This document shows, one piece after another, positions 15,001 through 27,000 of a stretch of 64,000 nucleotides of DNA. The notes under the pieces were generated by a model that searched no databases, was not told the origin of the DNA, and saw nothing but the letters and a program-made list of their open reading frames with translations. The DNA comes from an uncultured Planctomycetales bacterium. GTDB lineage: Bacteria > Omnitrophota > Gorgyraeia > Zapsychrales > GWA2-47-8. Location of the stretch: assembly GCA_964499685.1 (NCBI GenBank), contig CAZCLW010000001.1, forward strand, positions 28,278 to 92,277. The letters are read 5' to 3'. How positions within the stretch are numbered: position 1 is the first letter of the stretch; every line of letters starts with the position of its first letter. The translations under genes and the position numbers were made by a program.

Positions 15001-18000
15001 CACGGCGGATGAGAAGGCGAGCGCAGAAGAAGGCCGCATTGTCCTGCGCGCCAAGACCGAAGAAGAGTTGCCGCAGGCGACGTTAGCCATGATCTCCGCC
15101 GGTCTGGACAAAGGCTTATTCAAGCCGAACCAAGTCAGTGAGCTTATCACCGAAGATGATTACCGTGCCGCTGCCGAGGAGATCGGCCTGCATCCGGACG
15201 ATGCGCTTGAGTTCTTCCTGAAAACAGACCATCTGGCCGTTGTGTATGAAAAGACCGGTCCGGATATCGGCACTTACCTTAAATATGTCGCCAAAACAGA
15301 CAGCGGCCGTGAAACAGTTGCCCAGGCTTTAGCTGAAACTCTGGCGGAATTCCATCAGGACGGCATCGTCGGTCAAGGAAACTTGAAGCAGTTTGTGGTC
15401 TTGGATACAGAAGCAAAAGATATCGCGGTATTGCGCATCGGTTTCGATCGGGAGGAAGGATTAACAGCCGAACAGGAGATCGCCGCTCTTCGCGTGGAAT
15501 TACAAGAATATCCGCTGGCCCTGGTTAAGTTCAATGATAGCTATACTGTTGCGATCGCCAGACAAGCAGTACCTCTTAATAACTTCTTCGCAGGAAGAAT
15601 GCCGACCGCTTCTGTCTTCACCGCGATCGAACCGGGCATCCTGCCGGTCCAGCCGATCCTTCCTGTACAGCCGCCATTGATGGCGCCTATAGGCATTATG
15701 CCTATGGTTGAAGCCGGTTCCGCTGCCAACAGCGCCATGCTGGCGAATGTAAAATCCGGACTTGAAGAGGTCATCGCTAAAATTGAGAGCGATCAGCATC
15801 TTTTAGGTAAGCCTAAGTTTGAAGTTCGCGACATCCAGCGCCGCTTGGCCGAAAGTTTGATCACCGGCAAGATCGGTATTGCCCAGAATGCGGCGGGTAA
15901 GACCTTGGCCATATTCCTGACAGCTTTGGAGAAAGCGAAATTTGGAAATAAAAATGTCACCATCCTTACGTTGGATGAAACGTTCTCAGGTGAAGTTGCG
16001 TCTTCCAAGATCCCCGGCGGCTTGGCCCAGTCGTATCCGGATATGGTCGCCGGTGTTATCGAAGGCGGCCGGCTGGTCGACCTCGATAGGATGGTCAATG
16101 AATTCGATGATCTGCGCAGCAAGGGCGAGAATGCGCAAGCCGCCCGTGTCGCCCAGGAGATCGCCCAGGCCCTGCTCGATAAGAAGGCGATCAAGATCGT
16201 TTCGCTCAATACCCGCGGCCATATGCCGAATAAATTCACCGAATTCCCGCAGGTCTTGCTGGGTCTCAAGGCGATCAAATCACAGAACGGTGTCACCATC
16301 CTCGACGAGGTGGACGATGCGTTAAACCGCGAGGTTACCTACATCGTTTCTCTGGATGCGGAGATCTCCAAGAGCCCGGCCCTGCAGAAGGAAGTCGCCC
16401 AGGCCGAGCAATTGTTCCAGATGCTCAATCTGGAAGGCATTGCCGAATTGCAAGGCACAAGTCATCAGCCGCGCGGTGCCCTGATCAAGCGCGCCAGGAC
16501 CTTGGCAGATTTTGAAAGATTAAGCGCTGGAGGGGAACCCGCGTACTGGATCGGATTGCAGGGTAACAGTATTTTGACCGGACAGAGGGAATTCCTTTTG
16601 AGTGATGCCGTCTTCAGGACCTATAAAGATTTTGATCAGCGTTTGATCAATGATATCGCCCGCGGTATCGCGACCGAGATCGGTACTGAACTCGACGTGG
16701 ATAACAGCCTGTACCCGACCCAGCTCGTGCCGGTCTTCAAGGGCGGCGAAGTCCAGCCGGACATGCTTTCCAACAGTCTGGCCTTTAAAGTGGCCCAGAC
16801 GCTTAAATACAATGTCATTCATAAGGGCGAAGGCCGGCCGCTTAAAGTCGAAGCGATCCGCCTGTCCAAACGGCTGATCCGTGAGAACCCGATCCAGGAA
16901 ATGTTCACCGGTGATCATGAGATCATCGGTGTTTCCGCGACCGATGCGGGCGCGCGCAGCATTATCCAGGTCAAGACCGGTGCCAAGGACATTGTCCGGG
17001 CGGATGAAGGAAGCGACTTCTTCACACAATTGACCCAGGCCAAAGGAACGCGTAAGGCCATTGATATGCTGCCGCAAGAGGCCGATGTTGTGGCCCAAGC
17101 CGTCGGCCTTATTAAGGAAGCGTTTGAGAATGCAGACGGCGAGCGCGGTGTTTTGATTATCACTAATAATCCGAATGATCAGCAAAAGATATTCAAGGCT
17201 TTAGCCGCTTCCGATGAATTCAAGAAAGCCGTGGAAGAGTTGGGTGCCCGGTTGGGCGTTCAGCTGACCGTCGCCGAGGTCTTGCGTGAAATAACCGGAA
17301 GCACCAGCAAAGAAGAGATAAGCGGCAATGAAGAAAAAGGCATCAAGGGCCTGGTCAAGCTGACCGGCGTCAACAAGGACAATGCCATTCCGCACGTCGT
17401 GGTGGCCGTGCCGCGCGTGGCCAAGCAGTTCAGCTTCGAAGGTGATCTGGATGTCGTTATTGTCGGCGCTGAAGGGTTCACCCGCGACTTCCTGACCCAC
17501 GCCGTCAACCGCAATACCCGTGCCGAAGAGGATCAGGGCCGCAAGATCGTTCTGGTCAATGAAACGAGATTACAGGAAAATCTGCAAGTGGCCAATGATG
17601 CCCGCGAGGACCTCAGGGACCTTGGGGATGCCGAAGATATGCGCAAATTGGCGCAGGAGCTTGCCAAATTCAACGACGAGTATAAGAGATATACAGATGA
17701 TGAAAGACAGGCGAAAACAACCGAGATCCTGACGAGACAATTGGCCCTGAATGCCGATTTCCTCCAGTTGAACCAGACATCGGCCACGCATAAAAATACG
17801 ATCCTCACTGTCTTCAGGAATACCCGCATGACCACACCGTTGCAGGCCCTTTTGGACAGCGGTGAATTGAGCGCCACCGATCGTGCGGTCATCGAAAAGA
17901 TCAAAGGTCAGGAAGAAAGCGGCAAGTATCTGCCTCTGCAGCGATTATTGGATGCGCCGGTCGCCGGGAACGAATTTGTCCGCATGGCTTCACAGGAACT

Positions 18001-21000
18001 CTGGCAGTCGGCCATTGCCATGTTCAATGAATTGTTAGGTCCGGTCATTGTCGAACAGGAAGGTAAGGAAACGAAAGTCGCGTTAAGCGATAAGGGGCGT
18101 TACAAGGTCCAGGCGCTTTTGGATGTTGCGACCTCGCGCATGGTGGCGGAGAACGCCGAGTTCGATGTAGCCAAGACTTCCCGCGACGGGTTGAATCAGA
18201 CCCTGCAGGACCTGGAGCTCAATTCTTTTGATGTGGCGACCGGAAGAGACGCCGCCCAAGCCGACCGTATCGCCCAGGAAGGTCTGGATAACCACCGTAA
18301 AGTTTTGGAAGTCGCCAAGTATTTAGGGCAGGAGATCTTGCCCAGCCGTATCAGCCCGTCCTTTACTCATTCGAACCCGGTGGCCCGCTGGTCGGATAAG
18401 CATTCCACTATCGCCCAAACCGCCGCCGCCAAGGTCGGTGATATTGCCGGTATCCTGCCCGGCTTGACTGCCGAACAGCAAATAGCTTTATTGAATATCT
18501 TCAGCGAAGACGAACGCGGCCTCTCCGTCGGAGAAGGACAGGTCCTGACCAACCGCGGCCGTCAGGTCATCGAGATGGTGCAGGCCATGAGCCGCGATGG
18601 TTCCATTCCGCGCGACGGTGTTTATGCCTTGCAGGTCTTGACCGGTTTTGACCGTTCACGCGAAGAGATCGCTTCCGCCGATCAGGAACAATTGACGAGG
18701 ATCGCCTTTGATATCGCTTTGCGTTTGGTCGATGTCGGTTTGGCGGATCTTGCGCAAGCCAGGCAACTGGCCGCCATGGTCACATTCTGGCAAGAACGTC
18801 ATGTCGGTTCAGATCAGCGTCCGGCCCAGGAACGTTTGGCCGCCTTGAGCAAGATCGCCATTGAGCACAGTTTGAAACCGTATCGCCTTTCTCTGGCGGT
18901 TGCCGACTTTATCGGTGTCCCGGCGAACGATCCTGCGTATAACGGTATCCTGAACATGATCGCCAAGGGCGATCTTGACCGGTTGAATGAAGAATTGCGC
19001 ATACAATCCGTCCAATTGAGCGAGCTCGAAAACGGTTGGCAAATATTGTGGCACAACTTCTTCGGTATCGGCCGCGACTTTAGGAAAACCAGCAAGGAAT
19101 TTGCAAAAATAAGTAACCCCACTAACGCCGATATGGCAAAATTGCATCAGGAAATATTTGCGGGTGATCCCAATGCGCCGGAGTTACTGGAGTTTGTGCG
19201 CATTGCCGGGATTGATTCGTCCATTCCTGTTCTTGGGCTTAGTTCCGGCGTGGATAGTATAAAAAACATTGAGCGGGCCCAGCATACTTTGAATATCCTG
19301 CAAACCAATGTTCCCGAATGGCTGGTCGAACAGAAACTGGATCAGTTGGCCGCTGCTCTAGATGACCCGAGATTTTTGCCTGTCTTCCTGCCGGATCTCA
19401 AGAAATTTTATAAGAAGAAACCCAATGATCTTATTGAGACGCTGACGGTGCTGGATAAAGTGATCATGGCCGGCCTTACCGATAAGATGGTAAGCAAGGT
19501 TTATAAGGATTCCGGCGCCCGGCAGACCTTCCGTCAGACACCGAGGATCAATTTAGGCATCAATGAATTTATTGAACATGTCCGCAAGGAGCTTTCTTCG
19601 CCTGAAAAGCAAGCGATCGCCTGGCAGATCGCGGCCGGCCGCGCAATTTCGGAAGCGCAGATCGAGGAGATCAAAACATCTTTAAGCGTCTTGCCGACGG
19701 AGGTAAATAAGGGATTATCTTTGGCCGATGCCATTGAGGCGATCGATGACTTAAAGAAATTGTCAGCCATCGTAGGTAAGTTTAAAGAAAAGAAGCCCGA
19801 AGAAATTACGGACCGCGAACAGTACGCGGATTATGTTGCCCGTCGGGAATTGGGCGAAAGATTGGGCTGGGAATTGACCATGGCCCGCTTGAACGAGATC
19901 GGGCTTTCTATTCCGGGACGTTCTCCTGTCCAGAGCCTCCGTGTCTTTGCTTCCGAAGAAGAGAATTCACCGCTCGCCCAGATTACCAGAGAACTTAAGT
20001 CCGGCCGTATTATGGCCGAAGGCGGCCGCATGGTCAGCATATCAACTTCCGATGATAAAGAAGGCATCGAGAATATTTTGGCCGTAAGGCAATTGGTCCA
20101 TAAAGGGCAGTGGCCGCGCCATATCAGTCAGGTTACCGTGACAAAAGACGGCGGCTTCTTCAAGGTTATCCGCAATAGCGAAACCGGTGAAGTCCAAAGC
20201 ATCCAATTAAGTCCGGCCGCGCTCAAACATTTTGAAGGTTTAGCGAGTGTTGTTGCCGTGGCCACCGAAGCCAAAGAGAAACCGGCATCTCAGCAGGCGC
20301 TTGTTTTGGCCCAGGCCGTGCGTAAGTTAATGACAACGGAAGAAAGCCTGCCCGAAGATATTAAAGAGATTGCGGCCGTTGCCAATGCCTTTGAAACCGC
20401 CCAAGCCGGTCAAGAACATGTTAAGGCCGCTGAAAAGGCTCTGGAGATCGTTGCCGGCATTAATAATAGAGAAGCCGGTTCGATTACGGCTGAAGAAAAA
20501 GATTTGGCAGCCCGGACCATCAAGCGCGTTGTCATGGATCCGGAAGAAGGAAGAGAGTTGGCTAAAGCGGAAGAGATTGCTGCGAGCGAAGCAGATAAGG
20601 ATGACGATAGCGACATTCAACCCCCGCAAGCCAAGCGTTCCGGCTTTGGCCGCTTCTTCGCGAAGTATTTTGGTATGTTAACTTTGGCGGCGCTCTTAGC
20701 AGGAAGTCCTCGTGCCGTTGCCAAAAACGTGGCCGCGGCGGAAGCGAAGCTGGTTCAACAGGAAGCTGCCCTAGCCGCTTATGAAGCCACAGCTCCGCCG
20801 GCCCGATTGGCCGAGTCGATCAAGCCTCCTCTGCCTGAAGAAGATTTGACTGAAAGCCTTATCACGCCTCTGGCGCCGAATGTGCCGATCGAGATCCAGA
20901 TACCTCCGGCCATCATGCCGCCGGCTGTATTGCCGGCTCCGATCCTCAATTTGGGTGCTATCGGACCGCTTAGCAAGGCGGAAGTACCTCTAAATACCAC

Positions 21001-24000
21001 TCCTATAGGACAAAGCGAGCAAGACCATAAGAACCGGGCTGTTCCGCTGCCTGCACCGATCACTTTAGCCAGTTTACCGGCCCCTGACGGCGGCACAGGT
21101 GGCAGTGGCGGCGGCTCAGGCGGTTCAGGCGGTTCGGATCCTGGTGCCAGCCCGGCCGGACCCAGCGGAAAAGCCAAAGCCCCGAGTGCTTATGTAGAAT
21201 ATGCCCGGGCCAAGGCGGTCTCTGCTCAGGATATTTTGAATTTAGTCTCTGTTAAACCCAATACCACCCGATTTGACGTAGTTAGACAGTCAGACAAGGA
21301 TCACCGTACCAACTTCAGTAGAAGTGGTACCAGCCCAACAATTATCCGCGCTGTCGCCCTCTCCGCAGAGGGTCAGACAGGGCAAAATGCAGTAAGCGCG
21401 GAAAGCAGCATACGTACTGTAACAGAAACAGATGCAAATAACGTCAATGTAGCTAAGTCATTGAGATCCATCAGCTTAGGCGAAATGGGTCAAAGTGACG
21501 GAGTTTCAGGTTCGAGTAGTACGCCTCAAGAAGCAGATGCAAACGTTGTAGAAGTTGCTTCAAATACTGTAAAAGTTGTGGGTGTAGAAGTTCGCTCTTT
21601 GGATCAAGCTGGTAATAAGTTCGGCCGTGCGCCGTATGCCATGATCTTGCCTTCGGCTATTATAGAGAAAGCAGGGGAAAGCGTGCTCCGCGTGGTTGAG
21701 GCTGCTACCGGTGCGATTCAGGCTGTACCTAGTACAAATGCAGTAGAAGTAGTTGTGGGTAGTGGTATCGTTTCAGCCCAGACCGGTGCTGGCAACAGTG
21801 CCGCCAGGACTGAAAAACAAGCGTTACCTAAGGTTCAAGAAGTACGTCCAGTTGCAGAAGCAGAACGTAATAGAAACAGATCCAGACTTGTCAAGGATGC
21901 TCTCAAGCAATTGAGAGGTACCGCTGAGCAAGTCAACCGTATTGTAAAGGCTGCACGCAGTAAGCAGTATCGCTCTGTCAGTGGACATCGTGAAGTCACC
22001 ACAGCTGCTGCCGATAACTCCGGAGACGGAGAAGTTGGCGGGGATGCTGAAGATGCAAAACGTGCTTCCCGAGCTGTCGCTGATACTAACGTAGAAAGTA
22101 TCTCTGACAAAGGTACATATCAGATTCTCGGAGTGCGCGCTGAAGAAACAAGCAAGCAAGCCGAGATCAAGTTCTTGAAGTCTGCGAGCTCTACCGGAAG
22201 TGAAATAGAAGGTAGAGATTCTGTCTTAGGTTCGAGGACTGTTACCAATGTCGGATTAAATAATAGAGACGAAGTAAAGATCCAAATCGCTGACGCAAGA
22301 TCAGCTGAAATTCTCGGAGTGCGCGGAAGTGAAGAACGCGAAACTGCCGGGAATCGAGTTTTAGGAAGTGTGTCCGGAAGCCGCAGTAATCCTGCCAAGA
22401 AGCTCATCCGCTTCTTCAATTCCATTGTTGCGTCCCTCAATCAAGAAGTAGCCCGTAACCTGATCGCGTTCATCATCGCCATCAGCGTTGTTCTGTCTTT
22501 ATTGAAGCACGTTCAGCAAGGTCGTGCCCCGAACGTCGTTGTCCGTACGATCCGCATGGTTGTTTCTACAAAAGACCTGGTTGGCAAAGCTTTGGCTTTC
22601 GCCGGCCAGGTCTTCTTATTTAACCAAGCCGAACAAAATTCAAAAGGAGGTACCATACTATGGTTACCGTCAATACGCTCCAAGCAACAGAAAGCTACAA
22701 CAGCCTCAGTTTCCGTTACCTCGTTGAAGTCCCAAAGTCAGAATGCTTCTTTGGCTCAGCCAGAGACCAGCAAGGCAAAAGCCACCTCTTCCTTATCTTT
22801 AACGACGGCCGCACGTACGCTCGAAACGGCCTTCGAAGCACGTGGGAAGAGATCACGCAAACAGCCGATTACGACAGGATCCGCGGACTTGTCAGCAACG
22901 CCATTGCCAACAAGACAGTCCCGCTTTATTCAACAAATCGGCTCAGGCTTAACTAAAGTAACTAAGGCCACTGTAAAGAGCATCCTATCTACCGTGGCGG
23001 GTATCGGAGCTCGTACAGTGGTTATGGCAGGAGCAGTTCTATTCCTGGCTGCTCCTGCCTTTGCGCAAGCTCAGCAACCGTCAGCGCTGATTGCTGCCAG
23101 CTTCCTTGGCTTATCCACCAATACCTGGCTGGTTGTCGGGGGAGTTCTGGTGGCCTTTGGCGCGATTTTAGCGGCCATTAAGTTGTTCAAATACTTCCGT
23201 AACTTAAGCGACAAAAAGAAGCTTTGGACCAACAGTGTTCTTATTACGCTTCTCCTTGCCCTGATTACAGGCATGTTTGCAGGAGCCATGCCGCCAAATA
23301 TGTCGTCGTCTCATCCGGCTATAGTTCCAGTTAATCATCAGGCTGTCCAAGAACAAGCGGCCTTGAACAATGTTGCCCAAGAAGTTCAGTTGAAGTACTT
23401 CGAGCTCATCAACGCCGCCATCAATGATCCGGCAAGAGTCGCTCAATTAAGAGCCGAATTCGAACAAAAAGCTGCGGCGATCCAAACTTTGTCCGGTACG
23501 CTAGGCGGAAACTTAACTGTGAATATGGCTCTCCTGGATGAACAGCTCCAAAACATCCAGAATGTCAGAGATAGACGAGCCGCGGTCCAGGCTGCCCAGG
23601 AAGAAGCTGAAAGGATCGTGGAACTCAACAGACAAGCTGCCGCGGACGCCGTCCGTATCGCTGAAGAACAAAGGATCAACCGGACATTCGGCGGCAATGC
23701 TGATACCGTTCCGACGCCGGATCTTCGCGAGGCGGTCTACAGCACCTTCTTCTATGATTACAACCGCCGTCAATTATTAGAGAAATATTTCGGCAACGCT
23801 ATCAGCTATGAACGCGCCGTCCTGACCATGGCCAGACGGTTAAGCGCTCTGAGCCCGTATGTTGTCTTAGAAGACGGCCGCAGCGGTTTGATGGCCATCC
23901 CGGCCAACGTTTGGGAAGAAGTCATCGCCGGTCAAACCATCCGCACGGGACGCAACGCGACACCGGTTGTTTGGACCTATCAAGACAGATTTGACGTTAA

Positions 24001-27000
24001 TAAGAATGTCGCCGTCTTCACCGCTTACTTTGAATCCAAGATCAGAGCGGTCGAAACCGCGCATCCGGAATTAAATAAAGAAGAGGTCCTGAAAGAAGCC
24101 TTGCGCTTGGTCCAAGCGGCCTTTGCCGAGATCAATATCGAAGAAGCGATCGCCGCGGCCCAGAACAACAGATTGCTGGTCGAGATCCCGCGTGAGACCA
24201 GAAAAGCCAGAGAACTTAATTTAAATTACAATGCCCAGACCGCTCAGGAGCACTTAGAGCAGGTCCGTGTTATCGAAGAATTCACCCGCGATCCGGCGGC
24301 TCGCATGGCCGAAGTCATCACTGAATACCACACGCGCACCGATAAAAATATCCACCTGGTACTGGATGTCGTCGAAACCGCTCAATACGAACAAGGCCTC
24401 TTAGGTGTCACCGAACCGGCCGCTTATCTGGTCTACCGTGAACAGATCGAAAGCGGCAAGTTCAAATATAACGTTATCACCTTCGACGGTTCGGTCAAAG
24501 AAGTCCCGGCTTCCGAACAGGCCGAGATCGAAGCTGTCTTCAACCGCATTGCCGTGAATGCCGAACGTAAAGTCGGCGAAAGAGATTTCGTCCTGGTCGC
24601 TTCCCGCGAAGATCTGCTCAATTTAAGAAGCACAGAAGTCCAGAAGAAGCTCAACAAGCTCTTCATGCAGTTCAATGCCCAATTGGGCTTGAACGCGGCT
24701 GAGAACATCCTTGTCTATTTCGCCGAATATCCGATGTACCACTTCGTCGAAGGCCGTGAATTCGAGGCCCGCCGCTTCTTCGATTCGAACGCCGTCAACG
24801 ATCTGCTCAGAGAAGACACCTCCGCGGTCAACGGATATAAGGAAGAAGCCGATATCTATGACGGCCTGATCGGCTACCGCTATACTGTTCCGGAAAATAC
24901 GCCTGTCTACGCGCCGACAACCGGTATCGTGGTCAAGGCCGAATTGGATCACTTGAACAATTATGTCATCACCATCCGCACGATTGGATTCATGTTCACC
25001 ACGATCGATCACACCTTCGCCCATTTAGGCGCGTTGAACATCAAGGTCGGCGATGCGGTCAGACAAGGCAACCTGATCGGCGTTGCCGCCAAAGAACAAA
25101 CCGGCACAAACAGTTCTTACTTCTACGCCCAGCAGATCATCACCAGGGACGGTGCTAAGACCGTGGATCCGGCTGAGGCCATCCACTTGTTCGGCCCGAA
25201 CCCGTACACAGTCGTTTCTCAAGATTTCGTCAGGAACGCCGGTCTAACCCAGATCGCCAGGGATGAAGAGCAGACCTTCGCCACGAGACTGCAGGAATTG
25301 GCCGAAGCCCGGGCCCAATTGGAACAAGACCGTAGCGACGCTATTGAAGAAGTGAAGGAATATTTTGAAAGTGCCTTATCGGCCGCCATGGATGCGAACG
25401 ATGTCCGCGATCTGGAAGAAAAATTAAGAGTCTACTTAACGGCCTTAAATGCTCCGGCCGGTGCCGCCGAAGAAGTCATCGCTGCTGCCGCCACAAGACG
25501 CGAAGAAACAAGAGTCCAGCGTCATGAAGAACAGATCAACGTCGCCCACGGTGTGGTCGCGGCTCTGGCTGATGCCCGCAATTTGGCGGTCGACAGCATT
25601 GTGGAAAGCATCTTAAGACGTTATGCCGAGGCCCATCCGGAAGAGTATCAGAAAGCCACCCTGAAATTCCAGGCCGGATACAATTCCAACCCGGCCGGCG
25701 GTATCCCTGGATTATTCTTAGGCAGCCCGACCGGCTTCGGTGCCGGTATCTATCTCGATCATGAATTCGCCCAGTATATGGAACTCATGGATATGGCCTT
25801 CGGTATTGATGATCTGGCCAGCGCCTCCGCGCTCAATCAGGCGATCGGCTGGGCCTTCTACGCCCGCGCCGTTGCTAACACCATCAACGCCATCAGAGCT
25901 TCCGGTGTTGCGGTTCCCGAATACGGCGGCTTCTATATCAATTCACAGAAATCGTTCCTGGATCCGTCCAGAATATTGGTCGATCTTTCCAGCAGCATGA
26001 TCGGTAATCCGTATATCGCGGTCAAAGACGGCGAAGGCAATATCGTGGATATGCGCGATGCCACCATGATCAAATTGACCATTCCGAACCTGTTTGTTGA
26101 TCTTCAAAACTGGATCCAGACCAATGTTCTTGGCCGCATCCCGATCGTCGGACCGCTCTTCGGCGATCCGGACAAAGATCAATATTACACCTGGACACGT
26201 CCGGAATTCCCGGTCGTGTATGTGCCGGGCAAACGCGACCTGCAGTTCATGCAGATGGTCATGAACGAGACCGATTTTGAGAATTTCCAATATAGAGTTC
26301 GCCGCGGTGCTGAAAATGAAGTCTTCGTCATCGACGGCAAAGAATATCCGGCCAAATATTTCGTGTTCGGTTACCGCTATGACCTGCGGAGATTAGAAGA
26401 AACCAACGGCAGAGAAGGTAAGTACCTCTATACCATCTCCGCCCGCTACTTTGAAGAGAATGAACAAGAAGGCCCGATCGCCGGGGAATTCCTGAACCAT
26501 CCGACCAACGCCATCTGGAGAATGGAACCGGGTCAAGAAACCGTTCTCCTGCCGCCGCAGCAGATCTTCGAGCAGGTCATGAAATTGGCCATGGTCCGCC
26601 GCGGTGTCGATGCTCAAGGACGCACCATCCTGGCCGGCTTGCAGCATCCGACGACCGGCGACATCTTCGAAGTCCATTACAATCAGTTGCCGCGCACTGA
26701 AAATGTCCAAGGCTTCCGCAGCTCACAAGACGGTTTGAGCCGCTTTACCTCCGAAGCCAAGGTGAGAATACCGGTCGATCCGACAGCCCGCTTCGGCGAG
26801 AACCCCAACGGCGAATCGGTCTTCGCTAATGTCGTCTACAGCGTCCCGGCCCTGCAGCAGGCCTACTTCTTTAACAACAGGACCGCTGCCAACGAAACCG
26901 CCCATATCCTGAAATATCAATTCAAGGGCCGCGATGCTCAAGGCAACGATGTCTATGAATTCATCGGTGCCCAGCCCATCACGGTCGATCCTAAGACCAT

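Noticed and set aside
22643-22662. Textbook Shine-Dalgarno AAAGGAGG followed 9 nt later by ATG (22660), matching the start of the 98-aa track ORF 22660-22956
   Set aside because: The ATG is in a different phase (phase 1) and lies inside the continuous giant ORF. The 98-aa product has no recognisable features. Most likely a chance SD-like sequence in coding DNA that could at most cause ribosome pausing. It could be tested by ribosome profiling.
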